In this document: one piece after another, positions 1 through 12,499 of the stretch
Layout: every line of letters starts with the position of its first letter
Numbering within the stretch: the stretch's first letter is position 1
DNA from: Pocillopora damicornis
Taxonomy: Eukaryota
Reading direction: 5' to 3'
Assembly: GCF_003704095.1 (NCBI RefSeq)
Contig: NW_020847337.1
Location: forward strand, 62,205-126,000
DNA length: 63,796 bases
The notes under the pieces: generated by a model
What the model was told of the DNA's origin: nothing
The model's database searches: none
The model's input: the letters and a program-made list of their open reading frames with translations, nothing else
Position numbers and translations under genes: made by a program

Positions 1-488
1 TGATTTTAAAATTGTTACAATTTAATACACTCTAATGCAATTAAATATCTTATTTTAAAACAATGTTAAATATAGGCTGATGATGAGTTCTAACTAACAC
101 ACATTCTTGTATGGCTTGGTCACACCAAAAGTGAGTCCACAGTTTTCTCACAGTTTGGTGCAAAATGAGAACTATGCAAGCAATCAAATTAATGCTTTGA
201 TTTTCCTTGGTTGAATCATGATAACTACTATGACAAAAACACTAGGCAAGGCACTGTTACCTTACAATTATCAATAGCCCTTTTTACAGGGTAATGTCTG
301 AATTCAAAACCAATGTCAGTGATTACAAAAACCAGTCTTAGTCAAAAAAAAAAACAAAAAAAAATGAAAAGAAGCCGAGGAGAACTTGCAGTCAAAACAA
401 GCAAATGGCACTGGATTTGTCATTGACAAAGTAGTGATTCTTTTTATGGTTGAATTTGATTGGTTAAAAAGCTTTGAGCTCTCTCAAA

Positions 489-3400
489 TCAGTGATGAAC
501 CTTGCCTTGTCCTGTTCCAGTCCAAAGCTCTTTAAGTTCCACATCACAACCAAGATCTCTGAGAGCTGCTTTAGCTAAATCCTCACAATCACCCATCTTG
601 CCATGTGCTTTCCTGATCAAGCTTTCAGCTCCCGCTTCAAGGATGATGTCACAGTGATCAGGATTACGAGCCACCAGGTTGCGCAGAGCCAGGCAGGCAT
701 GTTTCTGGAGAGAAGAAATGATCAAGTCATTTATTCCAGCCTAAACTTGACTTGATCATAGTGTTGAACTACAGGTTGACTCACAAAATAATAGTTATTT
801 GGTTCTACAAAATCTTAATCCATTACAGATAGTTTTCAAAGTTGTCTTCAATTTTTTCATACAACTTTGTTAAGGCATGCATATTTGAAAAAAATGTTGA
901 CATAATTTATTCAAATCATAATGGGAATTATGAAATAAACATTTTTTTATTATTTTACTGATCCAAATTTACATTGGTGATATCTGGCGAGACAATGGTA
1001 TTTAGTATGATTAGCCACCCAGAAAGACACTGGTAAAGAGCCAATCAATTTGAAGCTTCAACATGCCCATCTCCCCAGGAAACCCACAGGCATTTGACCA
1101 TTGTCTGTACCCAGTGGGATGAGGAATTTGAACCTTAAGTAGAAAGTCTTTCCAGCAGAATACAGCTGTTATGCTTTTAAATATGGAGGTGTTTGAGGTA
1201 AATAGTTTATATACCTAAGTGAATGGCTCAGACAAATAGGTCTAAAAGGTCCAGTTTTTAAGCTCAGTCAATGTGTAGAAAGTCACTGTTGCTAATTTTG
1301 CCTTTTACAAAAAGACTGGGTGGAGTATTTGAACTCAGGAGTGGGAATTTGAACAAACCAATGCTCAAATGCCGGGGGGGGGGGGGGGGGGGGGGGGGGG
1401 AAGGGGGGATGTTGAAGCTTTGGATTGATTGACACTTAAGTTGACAAAAATGTTTTGGAGAATTTGAAAACATGTTGAGTTTTACTCAATTTATTTTGCA
1501 AAGGAAAGCAAGAAAGAAGGTTTTGCACTTCAAAGCATGAAAAATAATGTAGAATGGAAACCTGAGGGAAACCACAAACTTGATAAAACATACTACAAAT
1601 GTCCAGTATTAGATAGAAATATGGTTTTCATAAGACATAATTTCTAGCCATAACTTATTCTTGGAGCACAACTGTGATTAACTTCAATCTCTACACCCAC
1701 TATTCCACTGAACTTAAGGCTTCTACCATGAAGAAAAATATTTACTTCTTGTAAATTGATATGAAAACCTTTACCTGTACTCCAGCAACATCAGGATGAA
1801 TCTGCATAGCCTTGACAATGGCTTCTACCCCTCCAGCAGCAACAATAGCTGAACAGTTAGGGGGGCTTCTCAAAGCAATAGAACCTAGAGCTGCACATCC
1901 TTGTTCCGCTACTGTTGGCTGCTTAGCATGAGTCGTCATGGCAGCAACGATGAGTCCCAGGCCACCAGCATCAACAATGGAAGTCTTGACATCATCATTT
2001 CCAGCTATGGCTCTTAGAAGAGTGCAAACCTGCTTAGAAATATTCTATAACAAAGAGTACGAGTTAGAGCACAAATGTTGCTAAAATATTCCATCAAGGT
2101 TTATCTTTTTTCCTTTTTTTCTGTACATCTATCAAGACCTCTCCATCTTGGGTAGTGCATTCTGAATTGCAAGGGAGTGGGTGTCAAGATCCCATAGTTT
2201 TTTCTTCAACACTTTACACTCAAACATAAGTATTCATACTCTCCACACTATTCTTTTCACATTTCCTATTATACTGAAAATGAGAATTTGTTTGACAATC
2301 AGGAGCTTCATAAATTGAAGTTTGTTTCCCTTATTCTCATGACCCATACATTTGATCTAAGGGTGACAGTGTATGGAGAAATTAGAAACCTTTCACTCTT
2401 AGGGGCTAATGGATCAATGAGAAACTATCCTCTCACAGTGCCTCTTTCCACCCAAGAATATATATGCAGTTAAATGCAATTTAACAGAGTTAACAACAAG
2501 GAGCATTAGCATTCTCTAGTAGTCAGCAGTTACTTGCATATGCGCATGCATCTGAATACTAGGTGCTCTTTGTTTGAGGCATTCTTGCATATGCTTTGAG
2601 TGTGAACTTGCAGCATTGTGAGGGGTGCCAGCTCATCACCCAGGCAGTTTTCCCCACCCCTTCCCTCCCTCTTTCCACTGTTTATTCAGTGTGACACTTT
2701 CCTTTCCTACATGGGGGCTCATGGCTGGGTTGCCAAGATTTGCTAGCCATGGGAGAAGTCTCCATCTAGGAGCTGGCTGCCAATAGTGGAAGTGATGCAG
2801 TTGTTAAATAAATATTAAGTACAAAAAAACACAATTGATCAACCTGATAAGTAATAGGGGAGGTAAAGGGGGAGGAGAACTACACTGTAGCGATATTCCT
2901 AGTTGCCACTGAAACTGTGATTAACTTTGGTGGCGTGGGCTCCTTAAGCAGATGTTACACACAAATGAAAATTTCTTAGAAATACTTCTACCTACCTGGT
3001 TAGAAGTATGGTCTTGTAATAACTTCAGAACCATCTTCAGTCCACCCATATCAACTATGTCCTTACAGTATTCATTCCTCACTGCCAGACGACTCAAGGT
3101 GACACATAACTCACTTGCCACCTCCACGTCTTTGTAATGTTCCATGATACCCAACAGTACTCCAAATGCATTTTCTGCCACAATCAACTTGGCATGCTCG
3201 TGTGCTTTCCCAAAAGCTACACTCATGTCATCATCAAATGTGAAAACACGCAGGGCCAGGCATGTTTCCTTCACGATTTTTCCTGACTGGCTGAAATCTT
3301 TCAAAATAGCGACTAAACAAGGTATGACACCATTAACAACAAAAGTCTGACGATTCGATTCACTCTTGATGCAAGCAACTCTTACAGTTTTAACAATTTT

Positions 3401-4986
3401 TTCAACTAAAATCTCTTCTTTAAGTTCTTTTAAACAGTTTGAGAGAAATTCAATCATTTTAACATCAGCAAGATCTCCTTGGCCACACAAAAATGAGCTC
3501 AAAGCATCAAGACTGGCAGCAAGGTTATCCTTGTTTTTCACTAAGTAACAATGGTTGCAACTGGAGAAGAGTAATTTGAAGGCATCTCTGCTTGCTGCAA
3601 ATTTTCTGTTACTTTCGCTCTTATCGCATTCAGTGGAGAAATCCTGCAATCCTTTCCAGAGTAATTGGGAATCATCCTCTTGTAAAGATGTCTGTATCAT
3701 GTCCAAGGCATCTAATAATAATAATAATATTAAAAATTTATAGTGCGCAAATTCCATAAAATGTTCAAATGCGCATTACAAGATTAAAAATTATCATTAA
3801 AATAGACTTACAATAATTTTAAGAAACGAGATAAAAAAAAAAAAAAAAAAAAAAAAATCTACAGTTAGAATCAGACAAAAAAGTCTTGAGTTTAACCTAA
3901 GATGACTGCATGATATGCATTTATGCATTATAGGTCAGCAGAACAATCTTAATTTATTATTATTTTCACTACTGCTGAAGTAGTTTTCATCACTGCAAAG
4001 ATCTCTTTCATATTCACATCTTTATCTGCAGTTCACATATGTGATTTTCATATATTCACAGTTATTTATTCATCACTTCACAGGTTTATGTGGAACCAAC
4101 ATAATGACCAGCTCCCAGTTGGCTTGTTAGCTCAGTTGCTAGAGCACTGCATTGGTATCGCAGAGGTCATGGGTTTAAATCCTGTACAGGCCTGAAATTT
4201 TTTCAGGCATTATTTTAACTACTGTTCAAGTAGTGTTCATTACCACAAAGATCGCTTTCATATTCAAATCTTTCTTTCTTTCAGTACATCAATCAACCAG
4301 TTTTTGATCAATTTATTGGTTGCTAAGTGTTCACAATTGATTGACAGTCAGCTGATAGCTAGCTAATAGTAGCAGCTGATGTTTCAATCTCCAAATATCT
4401 GTCTTTCTTCTATCTCAACCAAGACATGGACCCATTGTTGGTGGAGTGTCCATCAATCATTGATCAACTATCAGTTCACTATAAGCTGACCTTTGACTGA
4501 CGACTGAGCGCCTAGCAACCAATAAATGGATAAAGTTTGCCATATATCCCCTACATTAATGCATCAATCAAGGCTAGCAATACTACGTACAATCCAAATA
4601 GCTGATGGTAAAGAAGAGTAAATGCATAGCACAGAAATGCGTAGCATATATACTACACTTGCTGGTGTGTTAAAATTTTTCAATTGAGCATTTTTATATG
4701 TACAGTTTAAAAATCAGCTGATAACTTAGCTTTTGGTGTTATTATTTTTGCTTTTCCTGTTCCAATATAGGACTAACGTACCTTTCACAGGATTGCTGTG
4801 TTTAAGTTCACCTGTATCTGGATCTTGAATATATGATGTGATCAAGTTCGACGAGTCAACGCCCTGAGTTTTAAACTGATCCTTCGCATCTTCTATAGCC
4901 TCGTGCAAATCCATTTCAAATTCTTCTATATTCTCTCTTACAACCGCATCAAATGTTTCTTGTGTAATTTTCTTTGGTTGTGCCAT
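489..4986 (-). CDS. ARMC6: Armadillo repeat-containing protein 6, 4 coding exons (~468 aa)
   Basis: Exons 4986-4782, 3711-2996, 2044-1775 and 704-489 join in frame with GT-AG introns (phases 1,0,0). Recognisable ARMC6 motifs: N-terminal [76 protein letters not shown]. Confidence 0.93.
1034..1438. mobile_element. Non-autonomous TIR element (MITE-like) in ARMC6 intron 3
   Basis: Imperfect terminal inverted repeats caatcaatttgaagcttcaacat (1042-1064) and atgttgaagctttggattgattg (1409-1431), each next to a C- or G-rich tract. A related copy lies at ~6389-6882. Confidence 0.6.
2206..2418. repeat. ~210-bp dispersed repeat (TTAACCCTTT...AAAGGGTTAA-terminated family), degenerate copy
   Basis: Shares internal motifs (attctccatact.ttct...acatttc, gagaatttgttt, ggagaaattaga) with the copies at 7495-7705 and 39971-40186. 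Confidence 0.55.
3961..4270 (+). repeat. tRNA-derived repeat (SINE-like): tRNA-like core 4121-4193 between ~60-bp direct repeats
   Basis: Core ggcttgttagctcagttgctagagcactgcattggtatcgcagaggtcatgggtttaaatcctgtacaggcc has an A-box, a degenerate B-box, an acceptor stem GGCTTGT/ACAGGCC and GGT at the anticodon position. Direct repeats lie at 3961-4020 and 4211-4270. Confidence 0.7.
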
Positions 4987-5298
4987 GGTAATATGGGATA
5001 TTTTCACCACAAGAGCGAAGATCTACCTTTAACGATCAAAGAATCAACGTTTCAAACGGTTCGAACTAAATTACAGTTTTCCGCCATTTTCTCAACTTCT
5101 TTCTATCAACCGCTGACTAAACCTTGTTCGGATGATTTCATTTCACGTGACGTTTCACGCAACTTCACGGCTTCAGGCTTCTTCGTAAATAATTTATTTC
5201 ATCATCATTCTTGAAAGTGCAGCATTTCACAACAGTTTATTGAGAAAGATCGGTGCTGTTTATCGCTATTTCCTTCTTTTCCCAAATTATTAGACAGA
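4987..5298. promoter_or_regulatory. Probable bidirectional promoter between ARMC6 and the PTTG1IP-like gene
   Basis: Only ~310 bp separate the divergent start codons. Contains a YY1-type CCGCCATTTT (5081-5090) and an E-box/CLEAR-like TCACGTGAC (5143-5151). Confidence 0.6.
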
Positions 5299-7373
5299 AT
5301 GAAGAACTTAGTTTTGTGTATTTTCTTTGTTATCTATTTCTGGAGCTGTGTGTTTGCAGTTAACATTTCGACCACAGCTAATACTACCACAACAAAGCGA
5401 TCGACACCTTCGACAACTCCACTTCTTTCGACACGTTCGAAAAGTTCATCGCCGAGTACTACCGTTCCGATTACCACAAGCAGCAATAGAACAAGCACGT
5501 CTGTTCTACCAACTTCGTCACCAACACCTGAAACGACCTGTTCACAGAAAAACACTTCGTGTGGTGACTGTGTCAAAGATATCAGTTGCTTCTGGTGCGC
5601 CGCGGATGTAACATGTAAGAAGTACGATGCGGGCATCAAGATTATTCCTCACAACTGCAAGGGAAATAAATGGTATTGGAAGCAGTGTTTTGTTGCAGGT
5701 AACGTTTTGAGTTTTGAATTTTTATTGTACGATTTCTTCAAAAGGTAGATGTCAACGAAAGATAAGAGTGGTAGAGATTCTTCCAGTCGGTGATGTATTT
5801 ATGTAAGATTTTACGCTAGTAACTAACGGCGTAATTTCTTCCAGTCGGTGATATATATAATGTAAATTTTACGCCAGTAATTTAATTAAATTATATATCA
5901 ATTTATTATAATTAATCTACCGACTGAGATAGTGGCGTAAAATCTTCCAGTATATAAACTATGAGTCACACATAACGCCGTTATATATATTCCCTGGTCG
6001 AGAGGTACACTGGAATAAAGTTGAAGTCGAAAGTGATCCGTTTACTTTTCTCACCGATTTTCTGATCTATCAATTAAATTGCTTCTTTATTTGTGTTTAA
6101 GGTTACTTTTGATAAAGAGACATCAGTAAAAGTAACTGTAATAAGGGTTATAAATGGGTCCTGCTTTGGGTAAAATTTCTGCATAGCCCCATCCTACATT
6201 ATGCATTCAGTTCTTGGATAGAGAAAACAATGACATAAACAATACATTGCCATTGGGAAAACAGATTTGTTTAACAATAGTATGGGGCTGTGAAGAAATT
6301 TTACCCTGCTTTGAACTTCATTGAATAAAGACAGTCATACTCTAAGGCCCAACATCTATGAATGGCTGCCTTCTGCATTGACTCTGTCATAATGTGTTGA
6401 GTTATTTGAAACTTCAACATCACCCCCCTTTCCCCTGGGGTACCTCTCAGGTATTTAAACTTTTGAAGATCAGCTCATTTAAATCCCCCCTTTCCCCCCT
6501 CTCCCCCCGGGCCAAAATTCCATTCTAATGCCCCACCCAATGTTGAACAATTCTTTGTGTGATCAGCAAATGTTGTAGAATGTAACAAAGTCTTGTATTA
6601 GTTTTTTGGTGTTGCTGTTAGGTTTTCACTTGTAAACATCATTCTACAATATGAAAATTGTCTTTCTAAGCCAATCACTCACAAAAGCAGACTCTTTACC
6701 TTTAAACTCCTCCATATACAATATGTGTATTACACTGGAGGAACTTGGCATTTCTAGTTCAAATGCCCCACCCCACTCAGGCAAGGTTAAAATTCTCCAC
6801 CCCCTGGACATGGATGACAGTCAAATGCCTATTGGTTACTGGGGGGAGGGGGTGTGGAAGCTTTGAAGTTGATCAGTGCATAAGCAGCCAGCTGTAACTG
6901 CAGGCACATTTCACAGACAGTGTTACTGAAAGTAAAGTATTAGACTTGCAGCCCAGAATTCCTGGGCTTGAGTCTTACTCTGACATGGCTGGGATGACTA
7001 CAATGTATCTGTACTTCTACTTTAAACACAGCTTTCTCTTGTTTTGTTTTTTATTTTCTGTCTTTTCTACCTTTCCTAGTGATTTTAACATCATTGCTCA
7101 TTATATTTCTCTACTTTAGGTTCTGTTCTAATTTATGTCATACCAAGTGTGGCTTTTGTGGTCCTGGTGTTAACTGGCTGCTGTGTTTACTGTCTGTGCT
7201 GTCGAAAACGCAGACAACTGAGTTACCGAAAGGAAGACAGAAAGATGCAGAAAAGACGAGAAGAGGCACAGAAAAGAAATGCAGAGAGAAGAGCAGACAG
7301 GAAAATCAGAACTGATGCAATGCGTCAGAAATATGGACTGCTTACAAATGAAGATGATGGTGAACTTGCATAG
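5299..7373 (+). CDS. PTTG1IP: PTTG1-interacting protein-like type I membrane protein, 2 exons (~217 aa)
   Basis: Exons 5299-5698 and 7120-7373 (phase 1). Signal peptide, S/T-rich stalk, PSI-type Cys domain (CSQKNTSCGDCVKDISCFWC...C...C...WYWKQCFV), TM helix followed by CCVYCLCC, and a basic tail ending ERRADRKIRTDAMRQKYGL, as in PTTG1IP. Confidence 0.85.
5777..5950. repeat. Short local tandem/inverted repeat in the PTTG1IP-like intron
   Basis: ttcttccagtcggtgat...gtaa.attttacgc.agtaa occurs at ~5777-5822 and ~5836-5880, with a partial rearranged copy at ~5934-5950. Confidence 0.5.
6389..6882. mobile_element. MITE-like TIR element, second copy of the 1034-1438 family
   Basis: Begins ...tttgaaacttcaacatcacccc and ends ggggtgtggaagctttgaagttgatcagtgcata. 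Internal segments (ctttacctttaaactcctccatat, caaatgcct..ggtt..ctgggg) match the reverse complement of the first copy. Confidence 0.55.
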
Positions 7374-7494
7374 TAGGGAGACAAAAGCCAGTGCTACTGA
7401 ATCAGTTAAAGAGTGGTACTTTCACCACTGCAATTTTGTTACTTCAATTTTGTACTTGCAAATATTTTCAAATTTGAATCATAATTGCTATTAA

Positions 7495-7705
7495 TAACCC
7501 TTGGAGGCCCAAAAGTAACTAGCATCTGATGTCCTCGCATATTATCACTCCTGAATCGAACACTAACATCACAAGAATAAAGGAAATAATCACCATCCAA
7601 AAAAGCTGTTGATTGTTAAACAAATTCTCCTACTCAGCGCCTTAGGAAATGTATGGAGAACAGTATGGAGAATTTGCATACTGATGTTAGGGTGTCAAGG
7701 GTTAA
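7495..7705. repeat. ~210-bp dispersed TIR-bounded repeat (TAACCCTT...AAGGGTTAA), just 3' of the PTTG1IP-like stop
   Basis: Short terminal inverted repeats; the internal sequence matches the reverse complement of the copies at 2206-2418 and 39971-40186. Confidence 0.65.
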
Positions 7706-9152
7706 GATAAGAGAAAAATAGTGAGTCTTTTCCTATGAATTTTATAAGGTCTGTTCTTGATTCCTGTTGATGAAATAATGTTATTGTAACTATGAGACAT
7801 TTCCCCCTTTGGTTCTGCATGCACCTTGGCAAGTTTTGATGAGATCTGGCAGCGAAGTTGTCTAATAAATCAGTTTTGACAGATTTATCCTACAGCAGAG
7901 CATTTAAGCACTCCTAGTGTGATATAAATCAATGATAATGTATTAATATCATTATTAAACAAACTTTAATAATTATTTCAAAAAAATTATTTAATCATTT
8001 TTAGAATGGTGTGTCTTCATTCTCCTCATTATCAGCTAGAGATGAAGGGGAGAATTTTTTGATAATTTCTTTTAAAGTTATGTCTTTAACTGGAGGTTTA
8101 CATGGTAGAAACAAGTATTCTTAATTGACAACACCTTCATTAATTGTGTAGAAATGATGCAAAGAGTGTAGAGTTGCTCTGTGATCATATTAATTGATGA
8201 AAACTTTAACACTGGACTTTGAAGTGGAATCTCTAACATTTAATTTTCAGGGAGTTTTCTCTTTTTACATATTATTTATAACTAAATGGATTTCCAAGGC
8301 TGTTAACAAGTACACTACCAGTTGCGATGGTTGAACAAGGTAACCTCAGATGTATTTTTATTACAATCTTGTTTGAACTGTCAGACCTGGAATTGATGCA
8401 GATTAGAACTTTTTGGCAGCCTGCTGTATATCTGGAGGTTTATTTTGCAAAAGTATAGTGAATGCGTCTTGGGGGGCATCTCACTTGCTTTGATGTGCCA
8501 CCTACAAAGAAAATTTCCTACAATGTTTACTGTATTTATGAGACAGATTAATAAAATTATAATAATATCCTATCTCTCTTTAGTTTGGAATTAAATATTG
8601 AAAAACAAGCATAGTTTTTACTCAGATCATCCTTACATTCAGCCTGAGAAGCAGGTGCAAGACGAGAAGGGGCAGGGGGGGGGTGCACAAGGTTTGGGAG
8701 GGTTCCTCTTTTTATCCTCTCCCTTCCTCCACAGGTTATTCCATTGTGTAACCTCTAGCCTTTCAACAGTACCCATTAACTTTTCTGACATGTCAGCTTG
8801 CCATAACCATTCCTCAACTCCTGGACAGTCTTATTTGGTCACTTCACTGACACCCTTAGTCAATTCAGTTTAGTGACTCTTTTATATTCCTTACTGTTTA
8901 ATTACCTTTTGGTATAGAGTAGGTGTAATTTTTTGGCAAAGTTGTTGGCAAGTGGACCACAGTGTTGGTGAGTTGGCTGTCAGCCAGTTAACATGTCAGT
9001 TAAATGACTGGTCACTCTTCAAACAAGCTCTCCTGTGACCAAGCTCTTCACCATCTACACCTTATCAGTGAGCTTACAACCCTTAAATCATACAATTTTG
9101 TAAACAATATTAGCTCTGATTTATTAATGAATGGAAAATTGCGATAAGAAGG

Positions 9153-10004
9153 TCAAAGTATGGGATCATACAGGTACAAATTACTTTGAAAAGCAACGAG
9201 TTGCTTCCAAGGAACAAAATACACGAATGACAAGACAGCACCCAATCCCATAAGCACTTGAAGATAGATCGCCACATTGTGTGAATCGATCATGACGACT
9301 AAACTAGATGGTCCCTTCTCCGTTTCGACAACTTGCGAAACTACGAAAGCCACGTACAGTGTAACGATTAACACAGCAACAATGATCCTCGTTCTATTTA
9401 CATTTTTCGATCGTTTATGCAGCAACATGGCGCTGGTAGCTGCACTGACTGCAATCATAGCCAGTTTGAATACACCGTAACTTGCCCCGGAAGCAACGCC
9501 AATATTGAAGACCATTTGGTAGCAAATCACACCCACAGATCCATTAAGATACTTAGGACTGCTACAATCGATCGGATCTTCTCCAAGCCTTGCAAATGCT
9601 CTCCAGAACTCCACGTTTTCCTTGATGTTGTATTCGAAGCATTCCATAGACACGGAAGCATCATCCGGTTTGCAACCGTAGCTCACGTCGAGAAGTAAGT
9701 TTTCCCAAAACACACTTGAAGCAAGGGTAAACATTGTAAAGAACAGCCCAAAAAGGCTGGAAAAAACTTTCCTCGTCAGCTGTTCTGAGCGGGTCAGTTC
9801 AACATCCTTCAAATACCATCTTGTAAGTCCGCTATCAGTCTTCTTCGTGATGACGGCGGAGAAGGCATTCGAGACAATCCACTGAATCAAGGCAGAAGCC
9901 TTCTCCTTACCGCAAAAGCTTGCTGCTTCGAGGATGACTAAAGGAACACAGCTTGTGACAAGAACCAGAAGAGTACCTATCAGGCCGTAATAATAACGCT
10001 TCAT
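9153..10004 (-). CDS. Uncharacterised intronless multi-pass membrane protein (283 aa)
   Basis: 852-bp uninterrupted ORF, more GC-rich than its flanks, with an in-frame stop just upstream of the ATG. About 5 hydrophobic segments and a loop carrying 4 Cys (YGCKP, MECFEY, PIDCSS, VICYQ). No family recognised. Confidence 0.75.
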   Translation of the reverse strand: MKRYYYGLIGTLLVLVTSCVPLVILEAASFCGKEKASALIQWIVSNAFSAVITKKTDSGLTRWYLKDVELTRSEQLTRKVFSSLFGLFFTMFTLASSVFWENLLLDVSYGCKPDDASVSMECFEYNIKENVEFWRAFARLGEDPIDCSSPKYLNGSVGVICYQMVFNIGVASGASYGVFKLAMIAVSAATSAMLLHKRSKNVNRTRIIVAVLIVTLYVAFVVSQVVETEKGPSSLVVMIDSHNVAIYLQVLMGLGAVLSFVYFVPWKQLVAFQSNLYLYDPIL

Positions 10005-12423
10005 AGTAGATTTTCAAGGGAATTAATATAAAGGAAAATCAAAGTCCGACCCTATGATCTTTGAGTCTGAAAGTCTGGTCCACATGGATGGTGAATCGTA
10101 TCTCTTTAGTCACGCAATAACGCAGTGACAAAACTACATCTGCGCAGTTAACTGAGCTTTTTTTTTTTTTTCTTTTTCGTAAACAATTAGATTAAACAAT
10201 TCAGCAGAACTAAAATATTTGAGGCATCACAACAGTAATTGCTAGAACAGAAGTTTTACGCGTGAATTTTCACAAACGAAAGAATGGATGAAAAACACAA
10301 AGCGGGAAGGAATAGAGGAAACGAGAAAGCGAAACGTACTCAAGCACGCCGCTAGATTGCATTACCTCCTTTCGGTAAAGCTGCTTTAACCCTCACACAT
10401 TCACCTTTCTTCGATTGTCATAGTATCAAGATTACTTTGACCGACTCGCAAATAGCCTTAGCTAGTTTAAGGTGCGTTACTGATATCTAGGCCAACTGCC
10501 TAAACTAAATTTAATTTAGTGGTGGGAAGTGTTTACAATTTAACATATTTCACTATCATGAATTAGGTCGAAAATGAAATTATTGATTAAAAGTCGAATA
10601 TCACACTACTATTTACATTAATTTACCTTTTTACAATTGTTCCAGTTTTTAAGTAATTGTGTTCGTTTGTCAGGATGCCAAAAATATCATGGAGTTTTAT
10701 TCGAAAATATTTTCTTTTTAGATCTCTTATGCAGGCTGGTAACTCATTCCCACAGCTCCAACTGCCTGAACTAAATTTAATTCAGTGTCAGAAAAAGCAT
10801 TTTTAAATTTTTCAGTTCGGAAATTTTTGGAGGGAAGATCGCGTGTTATGCAAATGAATGTGCGATACTTTGGTGAAAAACGGTGATCAGCCACTCCATG
10901 ATACATGGAAATGGATAATTATTTTCCAGTTCCATAATTTAGAAAGTTTATCTGTCAAACGATAGCGTAAATAAAGAGAGGAACAGCATGGTAGTTTCTG
11001 CCAGCAAACGATGTGACGAGCAAGGCTCTTTTTTGTAGAGTTACAAGATCTCACTATGTTTCAAATTTCCGCAATGTAAATTTGAAACATTCTAAAAAAA
11101 AAAAAAGTCTCCTCCAGAGGATTTTTTTAATTTTTTTTTTACCTATCATCTTTCTCAATAATAAAAAAATTCCCTCTGTATATGACCAGAACTTTCTCTT
11201 CCAGAGACGATTATAGGTACAAAAGGGGACTGACATTTGAGTTTCCCCTTCTTTCATTTTGTTAAGGTAATCATCCGATAACCCCTAAATGAACCCAACC
11301 CAGTGTGTGACACTGATCGGAGAAGGGGATCATGGTTTCCACAGCCATGAATCTTAGCAAAGGTACACAATTGTGTTGTTTGGCCTCTTGAGATGTCTAT
11401 CTTCCGCCACCGGAAGCCTTCATTAGTGGATCCGCAGCATGATCAAGCGTCTAGCGAGTCGGATCATAATCGGGAGGTCCTGGGGGCAAGTGCTATTCGG
11501 ACCACCAAAAGTACCCGTTTATTATTAGTCCTGAGTTCAACTCCCTGTGAACGCTCGTAATTAGTCTTAATTGAATTCAATCCTAACAGATAGGGCTTTT
11601 ATTCACAGTTCTTTGTATACGAGGTGGAAGGAAAAAGACTAGAAAGATGGGGGAAGGATAATTTTGTATAACACTCTTAAAAAGAATTTTTTGTCTCAAC
11701 CCTTTTGCTTACAAAAGAACATAGCAAACAATATTAGAAATAATAAATAACAGGACTCTCGACTAAATATCTATTTTTATTTTAATATCTTGTGTTATAA
11801 ATAGCTAAAATACGCCCTAAATAACAAATATGACAAAATATCAACCAACTTTAAACAAAACGTTTAACAATACAGCGATAAAGAAAAATTTCCCAATTGC
11901 GATTACCATGCCACTCTCTAACGCCCTTCGCCTGTAATGATTAAATACTAAAAAATTGGTCAAAACTTGCGGTAAAAGAGCGAAGTTTCGTTATTCTCTC
12001 AAATTTCCCCCCATTTAACAAGGAATAAACAACTTCACAAATAAAGCTTCAAATAGACTTCGAGCTAAATTAAAATGCCGAGCAAGACATTCCTATTAAT
12101 TAAGAAAGGAATTCATGTACAGCATAAACCTGACCTGCTTTGGAGAAGCTCAACACGGTTCGCCCTTAGTCATGACCATTTTTGGTCCCCTGTAATAACC
12201 AATTTTGGTCCCTCAGCCAAACTGATTATGGTCCCCAAGCCAAACCGATTTTGGTTCCTGAGCGAAACCGATGTTGATCCCCAAGACATAACCGATTATG
12301 GTCCTTGGGCCTCAACCGCTGAGGTTCCCTGGTGTGGACCAATCCATGGACTAAACAAGGGCGGGGCAACCCCCTCCTCCCCACAAAAAAAGAATGAGAC
12401 GAATAAATAATAATCTGTATTAA

Positions 12424-12460
12424 CAATGATAATTATATGATGATGATGATCATGATGATC

Positions 12461-12498
<38 letters not shown>
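12424..12498. repeat. Compound (TGA/TCA)n-(TAA)n microsatellite 3' of CHSY1
   Basis: Directly visible trinucleotide runs. Confidence 0.9.

Positions 12499-12499
<1 letters not shown>

Noticed and set aside
1374-1400. Long G/C/T homopolymers (also ~16856-16885, ~31998-32052, ~59586-59643) as G-quadruplex or poly-Pro/Gly coding features
   Set aside because: They lie in introns or repeats, and their lengths are unreliable in a gapped draft assembly; the paralogous tract at ~55348-55391 is interrupted rather than pure.
4121-4193. Functional tRNA gene
   Set aside because: Mismatched anticodon stem, degenerate B-box (GTTTAAAT) and an embedding repeat context indicate a tRNA-derived repeat. The same reasoning applies to 49586-49661.
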